From NCBI GenBank assembly GCA_007693605.1, contig REDG01000035.1:1-64000 (forward strand): 64,000 nucleotides of DNA. The letters are read 5' to 3'. The notes under the pieces are model-generated. The model was not told the origin of the DNA. It ran no database searches and saw only the letters and a program-made list of their open reading frames with translations. Made by a program: the position numbers and the translations under genes. The DNA comes from Bradymonadales bacterium (GTDB lineage: Bacteria > Bdellovibrionota > UBA2394). Below are positions 1-9,417 of this stretch, in pieces. Position 1 is the first letter of the stretch. Each line of letters starts with the position of its first letter.

Positions 1-77
1 GCGCTTCGTCTTTCTACAAAATCGGCGGTATAGACGGTGCTATAGCCAGTTTTGTCTTCGGAAGCTGACCTCGACAT
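1..77 (-). CDS. Possible 5' end of a hypothetical protein running off the window (MSRSASEDKTGYSTVYTADFVERRS...)
   Basis: ATG at 77 on the minus strand, open to the window edge, same orientation as ahpD; too short to assign. Confidence 0.3.
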   Translation of the reverse strand, partial: MSRSASEDKTGYSTVYTADFVERRS

Positions 78-116
78 CTTCTAACACGGCTCTTTTTAAA
101 AGTGCAAAGCCAAAAA

Positions 117-647
117 CTAGCGTCGTCGGATTTGCTCAAAGGCAATGGCTAGCCCGTTAATGCAGGATGCCAGTCTGGCCACATCATGAACGGTCTCGAC
201 ACTTCCCCCATGCTCAATCACCGACTTTTCATGGCCTTCCACACAGACCTCACAGCCATTGATCACGGAAACAGCCAAAGCGGCCATCTCAAAGGCCTTC
301 TTGCCCATCACAGGCTTTGCCATCACACTCATTCGAAAACCCGCAGGCTTTTGATAATCGTCCTTTTTTACAAAGTGACGAAATCGATAATAGTTGTTCG
401 CCACTCCCATCACGATGGCAGCATCTCTCGCCTCTGAAATTTCTTCGTCGGAGGCTTCAGATTCCTTTGCAGCCTTTTCGGCAAAGGCAATCAATTCGGG
501 ACAACGCACGGCCTCTGCACAGGCAAGAGCCGTTAAGGCTGACTCCTTTCGACTATAGCTCTCACTTTCAAAGAACTTCTTAAAGTTCAACTTCATATCC
601 GTAAGTGTTTGTCGGTCAAATTTTTCAAATAACTGGTCTGTGTTCAT
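117..647 (-). CDS. ahpD: Alkylhydroperoxidase AhpD (carboxymuconolactone decarboxylase family)
   Basis: NNYYRFRH and SVINGCEVCVEGH (CxxC plus His) motifs; follows ahpC; AGGAG RBS. Confidence 0.9.
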   Translation of the reverse strand: MNTDQLFEKFDRQTLTDMKLNFKKFFESESYSRKESALTALACAEAVRCPELIAFAEKAAKESEASDEEISEARDAAIVMGVANNYYRFRHFVKKDDYQKPAGFRMSVMAKPVMGKKAFEMAALAVSVINGCEVCVEGHEKSVIEHGGSVETVHDVARLASCINGLAIAFEQIRRR

Positions 648-680
648 GGGGTTCTCCTGTCTCTGACATCGGGTTCGCTC

Positions 681-718
681 AAAAAAAGAGAGGGGCAGAT
701 GACCCGCCCCTCTCTCTT
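681..718 (-). terminator. Intrinsic terminator between ahpC and ahpD
   Basis: GAGAGGGGC/GCCCCTCTC stem followed on the minus strand by a 7-U tract. Confidence 0.7.
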
Positions 719-728
719 GGTACTCAAA

Positions 729-747
729 CTAGTGGTTGGACCACTAG
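729..747. repeat. Copy of dispersed TTGGACCACTAG motif, in a short hairpin
   Basis: CTAGTGGT-TGG-ACCACTAG; the same 12-mer recurs at 14111, 26765 and 58498 (reverse complement). Confidence 0.6.
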
Positions 748-755
748 CAGCGGGA

Positions 756-1340
756 TCAAGCAACTTTAAGAGTGTCTTTTCCTTTTTCCCAGCAGCTGGG
801 GCAAAGTTCATCCGTCTGGAGGGCGTCCAAAACTCGAATGAACTCTTTGGTGTTTCGTCCCACTTTTAAATCACAAACATCGACATATCGAATAATGTTG
901 TCGGGATCGACAATGAATGTCGCTCGAAGAGGGGCTCCTGCACCTTTTGCAAGAATGCCCAACTCTTTCGATAGGGTTTTATTGTAGTCAGCAATCATTG
1001 GAATGTTGATGTCCTTCAAATCGGGATGGTTGTTTCTCCATGCCAAATGAACATGCTCTGAGTCACAGCTAGCTCCTAGAACCACAGCGCCTCGGTCCTT
1101 AAACTCGCCGAGGTGCTTGTCGAAGTCGACAATTTCTGTCGGGCATACGAAGGTGAAATCGAGCGGCCAAAAGAAAATGACTCGCCACTTTCCCTTGCTG
1201 TCGTCGAGTGCAATCTCCTGAAAGTTTTCAAAATAGTTTTTGGTGTTTGAGGTGCAGGCCTGCAGCTTAAAACTGGGGAAAGTGTCTCCCACAGTGAGCA
1301 TCCCTCGATTCTGTGTTTCATTGGTTTCTGAGTTGTTCAT
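756..1340 (-). CDS. ahpC: Peroxiredoxin AhpC (2-Cys)
   Basis: PLDFTFVCPTEI peroxidatic motif; ELCPSCW resolving region; AAGGAG RBS. Confidence 0.95.
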   Translation of the reverse strand: MNNSETNETQNRGMLTVGDTFPSFKLQACTSNTKNYFENFQEIALDDSKGKWRVIFFWPLDFTFVCPTEIVDFDKHLGEFKDRGAVVLGASCDSEHVHLAWRNNHPDLKDINIPMIADYNKTLSKELGILAKGAGAPLRATFIVDPDNIIRYVDVCDLKVGRNTKEFIRVLDALQTDELCPSCWEKGKDTLKVA

Positions 1341-1376
1341 TTTTACACTCCTTACTTCTTTTATTTTTCATTCGAC

Positions 1377-1814
1377 TTATCTGGTTTCACACTTTTCATT
1401 CGGGCTTTTCTTCTTTCGCCCACGAATCAAAACATCAATCTCGGCGATCTCGTAGCTGGCATCAATTTTTAAAAGTTTGGTATCCACTTCACAGAGGCGG
1501 GGGTCCAGATCAGTCAACTCGCCGGTGCTCTCATCGTAAAAGTGGAAATGGGGCTCGACATTGCAGTCGTATCGCAGCTTTTCAGTGCCAGGATCTTTCA
1601 CCGCTCGAATCAAACCGTGTTGGGTCAACAAATTGAGGGTGTTGTAGACGGTGGCCAAAGAGACGCTTGGCATTTTCTTCTCTACCGCAATTCGTACTTC
1701 TTCCGCCGTGGGATGAGATCGTGTGTTCAAAACAAAGTCTGCGATGGCCACCCGGGGGGCGGAGGCCTGAATGCCCAAATCATTGAGCTTCTGACGAATA
1801 GCTTCGAAAGACAT
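1377..1814 (-). CDS. perR: Fur-family regulator, probably PerR/Irr-like
   Basis: HPTAEEV, SLATVYNTL, RYD and HFHF motifs; heads ahpCD; lacks C-terminal CxxC pairs. Confidence 0.75.
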   Translation of the reverse strand: MSFEAIRQKLNDLGIQASAPRVAIADFVLNTRSHPTAEEVRIAVEKKMPSVSLATVYNTLNLLTQHGLIRAVKDPGTEKLRYDCNVEPHFHFYDESTGELTDLDPRLCEVDTKLLKIDASYEIAEIDVLIRGRKKKSPNEKCETR

Positions 1815-1820
1815 GCCTTT

Positions 1821-1855
1821 ACTTTAGAATAATTCTAATATTAGAGCAAGTCTAA
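1821..1855 (-). promoter_or_regulatory. sigma70-like promoter overlapped by two Fur/Per-box-like 7-1-7 inverted repeats
   Basis: Perfect TTAGAAT-A-ATTCTAA (1824-1838) and imperfect TTAGAGC-A-AGTCTAA (1841-1855); minus strand reads TTGCTC-17-TAAAGT-6-ATG. Confidence 0.75.
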
Positions 1856-1892
1856 AATACTTGTTTCTGAAAACAGCAATCAGTTCAGGGGC

Positions 1893-2951
1893 TTAAGCCT
1901 GTTCGCTCAAGAGGCTTTCAATAGCCATTCTAATGTCTTTCTTTTGGGGAACGCTGTGATTCTCCAGCACGGGGCTCAATCCGATCCCAGGCACCGCTTT
2001 TCCGCAAAGAAGCTTCGGACGGACCGCCAGCTCGTAGAACATCTCATCCACAACCCGTCTCAACAAATGCTCAGCAAAATTTGAGATCTCGGTTTCCTCG
2101 TTCACGAAGATGACTCGGCCCGTCTTTCGAATCGACTTTGTGATGGCCTCCCAGTCATAGGGAATCAAACTCCTGAGGTCGATCACTTCGATATCGCCCT
2201 TAGACTCCTTTTTCAATTCTTCTGCGACTTGCAGGGAGATCGGCGCAAGTCGACCATGGGTGATGAGAGTCGCATCTCGTCCTTCTCTCGCAATCTTTGC
2301 TTTCCCAATGGGAATCTCCACTTCTTCAAGTTTTGGCCAATTGGGTTTCCATTTCGAGCGGTCTCCAATGGGGGCATCGATCATTTTTTTCAAAGCCTTT
2401 TCGTCTTCCGGTTCGCCCGGAATCAAATCTCGGCCCTTCGCTCGGAGGAGGGCTTTGGGCTTCAAATACAAAACGGGGTTATCGTCTTTAATCGCCGCGA
2501 TCATCAATCCGTAGGCGTCGAGTGCGGTCGAGGGGCAAACCACCTTCATGCCGTGAATTTTTGAAGCAATGCTGTCGAATGAATGCGAGTGATAAATTGA
2601 GCCATGAATCCCGCTTCCGGTGGGGGTCATGAAAACGACCGGGCAGGGCATCAGGCCCCCCGAACACCACAAGCTATTGCCAGCCAACTTCAGTAAATCA
2701 ATGGTGTTAAAAATATAGTCGACGAACTGAATCTCAGCGACGGGCCGAGAGCCCGCCCAGCCCAAACCAATGGCAGCTCCCACAATTCCTCTCTCGTCGA
2801 GCGGAGAGTTCCAAGCTCGTTTCAGACCTTGAGTCGCTGTGAAAACCCCGCCCAAGGGAGGGCCGACATCTTCGCCAAAAATCTCCTGAACCCCTAAGTT
2901 CTCTTCGCCATAGTGAAGGGCCATTCGAATGGCCTGCGCCATATTTGCCAT
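1893..2951 (-). CDS. 2-oxoacid (probably branched-chain) dehydrogenase E1 beta subunit
   Basis: FGEDVG, GGVF, PVAEIQF, HSHS, IEVIDLRSL; start reassigned to MANMAQ at 2951. Confidence 0.9.
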   Translation of the reverse strand: MANMAQAIRMALHYGEENLGVQEIFGEDVGPPLGGVFTATQGLKRAWNSPLDERGIVGAAIGLGWAGSRPVAEIQFVDYIFNTIDLLKLAGNSLWCSGGLMPCPVVFMTPTGSGIHGSIYHSHSFDSIASKIHGMKVVCPSTALDAYGLMIAAIKDDNPVLYLKPKALLRAKGRDLIPGEPEDEKALKKMIDAPIGDRSKWKPNWPKLEEVEIPIGKAKIAREGRDATLITHGRLAPISLQVAEELKKESKGDIEVIDLRSLIPYDWEAITKSIRKTGRVIFVNEETEISNFAEHLLRRVVDEMFYELAVRPKLLCGKAVPGIGLSPVLENHSVPQKKDIRMAIESLLSEQA

Positions 2952-2955
2952 AAAC

Positions 2956-4011
2956 TTAACTTCCCCCTTTTTTTGGGTAACTCTTATCGACGCCTTCCAC
3001 AAAAACGCCATTCCAAATATCTTCCGGCTCTGGATAAGGCTCTTTCTTGACTTGATTGTAGGCTTCGTCGCACTCCTTCTGACAGTCTGACCAAACTTTC
3101 TTGAGATCTTCGGTCTTCATCAAGCCTCTCTTTTTCAGTTCGGCTTCAAAAACCTCAATGCAATCCACCTCGTCCACCCGATTTGCACCAGAAGATGAGC
3201 TGTGGCCATGAAGTCGACTCGTCTTTGCTTCCAACAAATAAGGCCCCCGAGTCTTTCGAATATGTTCGATGGCCTCCTGAATCGCTCGATAAGATTCCAC
3301 CGGATCATTTCCATTAATCGTTTTTCCGGGCATGCCCTCAAAGGCTTTCGCCCAATTCGAAATGCTCCCTTCTCCGTGCTGGTCTTTCCAGGGTGTTGAG
3401 ATTCCGTAGGCGTTATTGACCACCACAATCAAAATCGGAAGAGGGTTGGCGGGTCGAGTCGCCCAAACGAGACAGGAATGGAAATCTCCCTCTGCTGTTC
3501 CTGCGTCACCTCCGGTTACAATACTCAGGCCGTCTCCTCCGTGGCGCTTCTGAGCGATCGCCGTTCCAATCACGGTGGAGTACTGCGTCTCAATGGTGGG
3601 AGAGACGGGCATGATATTCCACTTAGGAATGCAGTAGTGATTCACAAAATTTCGTCCACGGGAGTAGGGGTCTGTGACAGCCGTTCGCATCTGTCGAATG
3701 GTGTCGATTGGCTTAGCACCCATGGCCAAGGCGATTCCGCTGCTGCGGTAATGTAGGTGAAGATAGTCGAAGTCGTTGCCTTGGCCTTTTCGAACCTGAA
3801 GCCCCAGCGGAACTCCAAAGCCTTCTTCTCCGGGACCTCCAATCCAGAAAAAGCCGTCACCGCCCTTGCTCATTTTGATCAGTCGTTCTTCAAGAACCCG
3901 ATTCAAAACCATCAGGCGATGCATTTTTTTTAAGAGCTCAGGACCTAAGCTTTCGTAGGGATCTGAACTTCGCCGATTCATTGTCTTTACTTTTCCTGTC
4001 ATTGTTTTCAC
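2956..4011 (-). CDS. 2-oxoacid dehydrogenase E1 alpha subunit (ThDP-dependent)
   Basis: GDAGTAEGDF...VVNNAYGIS ThDP motif and RLHGHSSS loop; exact start uncertain (4011/4002/3981). Confidence 0.9.
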   Translation of the reverse strand: MKTMTGKVKTMNRRSSDPYESLGPELLKKMHRLMVLNRVLEERLIKMSKGGDGFFWIGGPGEEGFGVPLGLQVRKGQGNDFDYLHLHYRSSGIALAMGAKPIDTIRQMRTAVTDPYSRGRNFVNHYCIPKWNIMPVSPTIETQYSTVIGTAIAQKRHGGDGLSIVTGGDAGTAEGDFHSCLVWATRPANPLPILIVVVNNAYGISTPWKDQHGEGSISNWAKAFEGMPGKTINGNDPVESYRAIQEAIEHIRKTRGPYLLEAKTSRLHGHSSSSGANRVDEVDCIEVFEAELKKRGLMKTEDLKKVWSDCQKECDEAYNQVKKEPYPEPEDIWNGVFVEGVDKSYPKKGGS

Positions 4012-4086
4012 CCTGCCTTTTGAAATATTCTGAATTGGGGCTTGTGTCCAATCGTAAAGCCTTAAAATCAGCCCGTTCTAGGGGCC

Positions 4087-4680
4087 CTAAGCGGGTAAAT
4101 TCTTCACAAAATGAACAAAATACCGAAAGCCCGACCAAAGAGCAGCCAAGACGGAGATTCCCAAAAGGATCTGACCCCAAATGAGAACTTGCTCCCAGTT
4201 CAAAAGTAAAAGGCTAATGGCGACAAATTGAATGGCCGTCTTTATTTTTCCACCTCGATCAGCGGGGACGACCAGTCCGACGCTTGATGCAATTCCCCGC
4301 AGTCCGGTGACGGCAATTTCTCGACCCACCGTGACGATCACCATGACTGGCCCCAAAAGAGACAGAAGCCGCTCGTCTCCTGCCACATCCAAGCGACCGA
4401 GCCACAGCAACATGATCATCGTGCACACAATGATCAGCTTGTCGGCAAGGGGGTCAAGTAGAACGCCCAACCTCGATTCCGACTGGTAGCGACGAGCGAT
4501 ATAGCCATCCACTCCATCAGAGATCGCAACCGCCACAAAGGTAATGGTCGCTCCGATGTTGAAGTCCCAATACAGAAGCAGAATGATGAGGGGCACAGCA
4601 ATCACTCGACTCACCGTAATGAGATTGGGCAGCAGATAAAAATCTGACTGATGAATGGAGTCCTTTTGGCGTTTCATCAC
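4087..4680 (-). CDS. pgsA: CDP-diacylglycerol--glycerol-3-phosphate 3-phosphatidyltransferase
   Basis: LPNLITVSR and DGVDGYIARR...GVLLDPLADK CDP-alcohol phosphotransferase motif. Confidence 0.9.
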   Translation of the reverse strand: MMKRQKDSIHQSDFYLLPNLITVSRVIAVPLIILLLYWDFNIGATITFVAVAISDGVDGYIARRYQSESRLGVLLDPLADKLIIVCTMIMLLWLGRLDVAGDERLLSLLGPVMVIVTVGREIAVTGLRGIASSVGLVVPADRGGKIKTAIQFVAISLLLLNWEQVLIWGQILLGISVLAALWSGFRYFVHFVKNLPA

Positions 4681-5315
4681 TGAACTTCCAAAAATCGTAG
4701 GGAAGGGGCGCTTTGATCGCCTTGAAAGGAGTAGCGCAGAGAGCCATAGGGGCCACTAATGTATAGAATCAGATGATCTACTTCTTTGAACTCATACTTA
4801 GGAAACTGAATTCGATAGGTTTCGCCAAACCGACTCATACTTGGAAAGAAGTGTCGCTGGCTCTCCTCGCGAGACGAAAACCTTTCAATTCGAGTGGGGC
4901 TTACCCGCAGATCTCCCGATTCATCCTCTAGGCTGAGTCGCCAAGAGGAGTTGGGTCGGTGAAAGTCGTTAAGCCTGGCATCTCTTGTCATCGCCGTGAG
5001 AATGAAAACAACATAACTCTCTTCTTCTGCCAGTTGTTCTAAAGCCAGCGCATTCTGTTCGCTCTCACTTAAACGGAAGCTTCGAGTCATTTCTTCTACG
5101 TAGGCTTCTCTTAAGCGAGCATTCCAATGGGTGACATTGGCTTGCAAGACGATATCAAAGTTGCTGGAAACGCTTCTTTCCTGGGTCTGACTTCGATACA
5201 AGGACTCGTAGGGGCTCTCCCCACGAATGGGATCAAAAAAATGCCGGCCACCATCTCCGCCCTTGGAGCAGGCCGCCAGAATCAAAAGACCGCAAGCCAG
5301 AAGGTTTCGTTTCAT
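4677..5315 (-). CDS. Hypothetical lipoprotein
   Basis: Signal peptide with LAAC lipobox; 4-nt overlaps with both neighbours. Confidence 0.75.
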   Translation of the reverse strand: MKRNLLACGLLILAACSKGGDGGRHFFDPIRGESPYESLYRSQTQERSVSSNFDIVLQANVTHWNARLREAYVEEMTRSFRLSESEQNALALEQLAEEESYVVFILTAMTRDARLNDFHRPNSSWRLSLEDESGDLRVSPTRIERFSSREESQRHFFPSMSRFGETYRIQFPKYEFKEVDHLILYISGPYGSLRYSFQGDQSAPSLRFLEVQ

Positions 5316-5860
5316 TCCTCTACGATTCCAAAGTCCCTCTTTTGATACAAGCTACAAAAGCGATAACCCGCATTTTTTATTTTTTCGCCGCCTCCTTCTT
5401 CTCGATCGACAACGGCGAGAATGCCCAAGACCTTCCAGCCGTGTTTTTCGAGCTTCTGCACGGCATCGAGGCTTGACTTTCCACTCGTCACCACATCCTC
5501 CAACACCACGACCGGACTTTCAGAAGGAAGCAAGTCCCCGCCCTCAATCAGTTGCTGGAGTCCATGTTCCTTGGCTTCCTTTCGAACAATGAAGGCGGTG
5601 AGAGGAGAGGACTTCATATGAGAGGTGATTGCCACGGCCGTTGCCAAAGGATCGGCGCCCAGAGTAAGCCCGCCAGCCCCGCGTGCTTCCGGAAACTCGG
5701 CCTGAATCTTGTCAAAAAGTTCTTGGCCCAACCAGTAAGCCCCATCGGCCGTCAAACTCACTCTCTTGACATCGATATAGAATTGCGACTTTCGACCGGA
5801 AGAGAGTGTCACGGCCTTTCGTTGAAAAGCTCGCTCTTTCAATAGATCTAAAAGATTCAT
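5312..5860 (-). CDS. pyrE: Orotate phosphoribosyltransferase
   Basis: TLSSGRKSQFYID, VRKEAKEHG and VVVLEDVVTSG PRPP motif. Confidence 0.95.
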   Translation of the reverse strand: MNLLDLLKERAFQRKAVTLSSGRKSQFYIDVKRVSLTADGAYWLGQELFDKIQAEFPEARGAGGLTLGADPLATAVAITSHMKSSPLTAFIVRKEAKEHGLQQLIEGGDLLPSESPVVVLEDVVTSGKSSLDAVQKLEKHGWKVLGILAVVDREEGGGEKIKNAGYRFCSLYQKRDFGIVEE

Positions 5861-6171
5861 GTTAGCAGCTCCCTTAACTCATAGACTTTTTTCAGGTCTC
5901 CTCGAAGCTTCAGTTTTCGAGTCGCCAGGGCCCAGGGGATATTGAGCTTCCCTTCAATTAGCTTCTGAAAGTCCTCTTCACTGAGTTCAAGCGCACAGTC
6001 CGGATTGGGAGCCTCTCCTGATTCCACTTTGATCGGACTTCGACTTAAGTCGATATGCCAAATCTCCGCATCGATCTTGATTTGGTAGACACCGGCCCGA
6101 GCCTGAAGCCGATCGGCTTTCGCCTGAAGATATTGGTTGACTGTGACTTCGAAGAAATCATGCAGACTCAT
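5857..6171 (-). CDS. SCP2 sterol/lipid-binding domain protein
   Basis: WHIDL...PDCALELSEEDFQKLIEGKLN...KLKLRGDL SCP2 pattern; ATGA overlap start at 6171. Confidence 0.8.
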   Translation of the reverse strand: MSLHDFFEVTVNQYLQAKADRLQARAGVYQIKIDAEIWHIDLSRSPIKVESGEAPNPDCALELSEEDFQKLIEGKLNIPWALATRKLKLRGDLKKVYELRELLT

Positions 6172-6923
6172 CGCTGAAAGCGTCTCCACCGAGCTTTGGG
6201 CTCTAAAATCTCTTTGGCGATGATCGCGCTCTGTACGCCCCGAGGAAAGTGCAGGTCAAAGAAGTTCGCACCAGGGCCTCGGCGGGCATAGGGACGATCT
6301 GTTCTGGCATAGGCCGAAGGGGGCAAGGCCCGACGGTCTCCTAACTCCGATTCGCGAAGACTCTCAATCTCTGCCACTTCCACATCTTCAGGCCCACCGA
6401 TTTCATATTCACCGATCTCGGGCACATCTTTGTCAATGGCTCCAATCTGCTCAAGAAAATCTTCAATCTGAACTTCCAGATTTCCGCCTTGGCGAAGCAC
6501 TCGATAGGGGGCTTGTCGAGCTTGTTCTTCCGCTTCCTCAAGGCTGCTGGAATCCCCCTCCCAGCCTGAACTGTAGGGCTGTTCCGCTTCTCCCGAGGAG
6601 GGTAGGTTCGAGTTCTCTGAAGACGGGGTGGAAGAGGGAAGCTCCTCATCCCACTTGATGCTCTCCGCTTGATCCCTTCGCCCTCGGCCTTGCCCAGTAG
6701 GGGCCCAGTCCCCCGAACTGGATGGAGGGAGGGGCTGAGGTTTGGCTCGCTCTGCTCGTACAGGTGGAGCGTCGACCTTCTCCCGAGCTTCGCGGCCCAT
6801 TTTTTCTCGGGCTTCTTTCAAGCGCTGCTTTCGCTTGCGCTCCACCCACCAGCTGAAGACCCAAATGGCCACGACTAAGAGGAAAAACCAGTTTCCCTCG
6901 GCTGTTAGAAGGCTTGGTTCCAT
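6168..6923 (-). CDS. Hypothetical membrane-anchored low-complexity protein (position like YqfB after floA)
   Basis: One N-terminal TM helix, acidic Pro/Ser-rich middle, C-terminal AIIAKEILEPK. Confidence 0.65.
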   Translation of the reverse strand: MEPSLLTAEGNWFFLLVVAIWVFSWWVERKRKQRLKEAREKMGREAREKVDAPPVRAERAKPQPLPPSSSGDWAPTGQGRGRRDQAESIKWDEELPSSTPSSENSNLPSSGEAEQPYSSGWEGDSSSLEEAEEQARQAPYRVLRQGGNLEVQIEDFLEQIGAIDKDVPEIGEYEIGGPEDVEVAEIESLRESELGDRRALPPSAYARTDRPYARRGPGANFFDLHFPRGVQSAIIAKEILEPKARWRRFQR

Positions 6924-7904
6924 TTACTGCTCAGTTTTTGCCTGGTTACTTTGCTTGGCAATCCCTTCTCGCATTTCCGTGTCAGACACAATATTTCTCA
7001 TTTGATAGTAGTCCATCACGCCCAGATTTCCTGCTCGAAAGGCGTCGGCCATGGCCATTGGAATCAGAGCCTCTTTCTCAATGACATTGGCGCGCATTTC
7101 TTGAGCTTTGGCCTTCATCTCTTGTTCAGCAGCAATCGCCATGGCTCGGCGCGACTCGGCCTTGGCTTGCGCGACTTTCTTGTCCGCTTCAGCCTGGTCT
7201 GTTTGCAGCTTCGCTCCGATGTTTTCTCCGACATCAACATCAGCGATATCAATAGAAAGAATCTCGAAGGCGGTTCCGGCATCTAGGCCTTTCGAGAGAA
7301 CCGTCTTTGAAATTTTGTCCGGATTTTCAAGAACTCCTTTGTGCGACTCTGCGCTTCCGATCGTGGAGACAATCCCTTCACCGACCCGAGCGATGATGGT
7401 TTCTTCTCCGGCTCCTCCGACCAACTTTTCAATATTGGCTCGTACCGTTACCCGGGTGACGGCCTTCAACTGAATTCCGTCTTTCGCGACGGCGGCAACG
7501 ATCGGGGTGGTGATGACTTTGGGGTTCACGGTCATCTTGACGGCCTCCAAGACATCTCGACCGGCCAAGTCAATCGCGCAGGCCCTTTCAAAGGTTAAGT
7601 TAATATTCGCTTTGTCGGCAGAGATCAGTGCCTGCACCACTCTCTGAACATTTCCTCGGGCGAGGTAGTGAGTTTCTAACTGGTCGCTGGTGACGGGGAG
7701 CCCCGCTTTAATTGCGGCCACTCTCGACAGAACAATCACTCGCGGATTGACCCCCCGAAGACGCATTCCAATCAAGGTTCCAATTCCAACATAGGCCCCC
7801 GACAACAAGGCCTGTACAAACAGGGCGACCGGAACAATCCACAAAATGAAAACAAAGAGGATGACCGATATAAAAATCACAAATAATAAGACGGTTGCGT
7901 CCAT
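6924..7904 (-). CDS. floA: Flotillin-like protein FloA (YqfA family)
   Basis: [56 protein letters not shown]. Confidence 0.95.
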   Translation of the reverse strand: MDATVLLFVIFISVILFVFILWIVPVALFVQALLSGAYVGIGTLIGMRLRGVNPRVIVLSRVAAIKAGLPVTSDQLETHYLARGNVQRVVQALISADKANINLTFERACAIDLAGRDVLEAVKMTVNPKVITTPIVAAVAKDGIQLKAVTRVTVRANIEKLVGGAGEETIIARVGEGIVSTIGSAESHKGVLENPDKISKTVLSKGLDAGTAFEILSIDIADVDVGENIGAKLQTDQAEADKKVAQAKAESRRAMAIAAEQEMKAKAQEMRANVIEKEALIPMAMADAFRAGNLGVMDYYQMRNIVSDTEMREGIAKQSNQAKTEQ

Positions 7905-8005
7905 AAGAAAAATTCTCCTTCAATTGATTAATCTCTGATTCTGTCTATTGCCACGGAGACTAACAAAATTTTCTGAACTTGGCAGGCCAGATTTTCGAAA
8001 AGTCT

Positions 8006-9385
8006 TCAAATGGCCCGAACGATGATTCGAACCCCTTCGGTGTCGATGACCTCGATCTTGCGGCCCCGCTCCAAAAAGGCCCCATCGGAGACCACCTGGT
8101 AGCTTTTGCCGTCAATTTCAGCCCTGCCGACCGGCCGGAGGTCAGAGAGAAGAAGGCCCTGCTTGCCAATCAAGGACTGTAGACTGTCTCTTGCCCCCCT
8201 TTCTTCGCCGCCCCCTTTTTCAAGGCTCGTTCTTAGCACCAAGGGGGTCCGATTCGGCCTCTTCCGAAGTAGAAAGTAGAGAATGACCATCCCGAACAAT
8301 GTGACCACCAGACCAATGGCGACGGACTGAAGTTGATCTTGAACATCGGGGGCTGAAATGCTGAAGGGAATGTTCGGGGAGACTCCGGCCCAAAACAAGG
8401 CCCCCACCACACACAAGATGCCGGCAATGGCGAAGAGGAATGTCCCTGGGGCGACAAAGATTTCGACCCCAATCAAAATTAAACCCAAAATGAAAAGAAG
8501 AACCTCTTCCAGCCCAGCCAGGTTAACGATGAATTTGCCGAAGAAATAAAGGCCCAGACAGCTCAAGCCCACAATTCCCGGAACGCCAAATCCTGGGCTT
8601 TGAATTTCTAGAATTAGCCCCAAAATTCCAGCAGACATTAAGAGCCCCGCCACTGTTGGGTCGGTCAGAAACCGCACGATGGATTCTGCCCAAGAAATCT
8701 CAAATTCTTCGACCAGCGCATTCTCAAGCTCCAGAAACTTCAAGACTTCGGTTCGATGGTTGAGAGTGGCGTCCGAAATGCCGTGTTCGAGAGCCATTTT
8801 GTCGGTCAGGGTGAGAACTTCGCCCTCAGCGATCAGCCCAGGAATTTCTTTGCTCGCCATCACCATGGCTTCTGCAATCTCTCGAGATCGACCGTTTCTC
8901 TCTGCGGTCGCCCCCATTTCACCTCGAAAGTAGCTCACAAACTTTTTGCCAGCGTCTTGAGCGCCTTCTCCTCCAGCTTGAACTGGAGTGGCCGCCCCCA
9001 TGGTAGATCCACCGGCAAAAACGATTTTATCGCAGGCCAGTGAGATCAAAGCCCCAGCGGAAATGGCGCGCTTATTCACCCAAGCCAATGTGAGCACGGG
9101 GCTGTCCATAATGGCGTCTCGAATATCCACCGCCGCGTCGACTCGGCCTCCAAAGGTGTCGACTTCAAAAACAACCGCGTCAAAATTGTTTTCTTCGGCG
9201 TATCGCAGGGAGCGTTGAACAAAAGGCGAAAGACCTAACTCGACGGTTCCCTCAAAAGGAACCCACAAAACTTTTCCAGCCGTGACGGGCTCTTCGTTCT
9301 CTCCAATCAGATGACTGCCGAGGCTGAAAATCAGGCTTAAAACAATAAAAATACCAGATCGGTAAGCTTTCACGATTGCATTCAA
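8006..9385 (-). CDS. nfeD: NfeD family membrane-bound serine protease
   Basis: DTFGGRVD, AISAGALI, MGAATPV ClpP-like domain, TM block, C-terminal LRPVG OB domain; upstream of floA. Confidence 0.92.
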   Translation of the reverse strand: MNAIVKAYRSGIFIVLSLIFSLGSHLIGENEEPVTAGKVLWVPFEGTVELGLSPFVQRSLRYAEENNFDAVVFEVDTFGGRVDAAVDIRDAIMDSPVLTLAWVNKRAISAGALISLACDKIVFAGGSTMGAATPVQAGGEGAQDAGKKFVSYFRGEMGATAERNGRSREIAEAMVMASKEIPGLIAEGEVLTLTDKMALEHGISDATLNHRTEVLKFLELENALVEEFEISWAESIVRFLTDPTVAGLLMSAGILGLILEIQSPGFGVPGIVGLSCLGLYFFGKFIVNLAGLEEVLLFILGLILIGVEIFVAPGTFLFAIAGILCVVGALFWAGVSPNIPFSISAPDVQDQLQSVAIGLVVTLFGMVILYFLLRKRPNRTPLVLRTSLEKGGGEERGARDSLQSLIGKQGLLLSDLRPVGRAEIDGKSYQVVSDGAFLERGRKIEVIDTEGVRIIVRAI

Positions 9386-9417
9386 GCAGTCTTTTAGTCA
9401 CGAATCAAACAGCGAAT

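Noticed and set aside
1893..4011. E1 alpha/beta without adjacent E2/E3
   Set aside because: Split dehydrogenase loci are common; partners may lie outside the window
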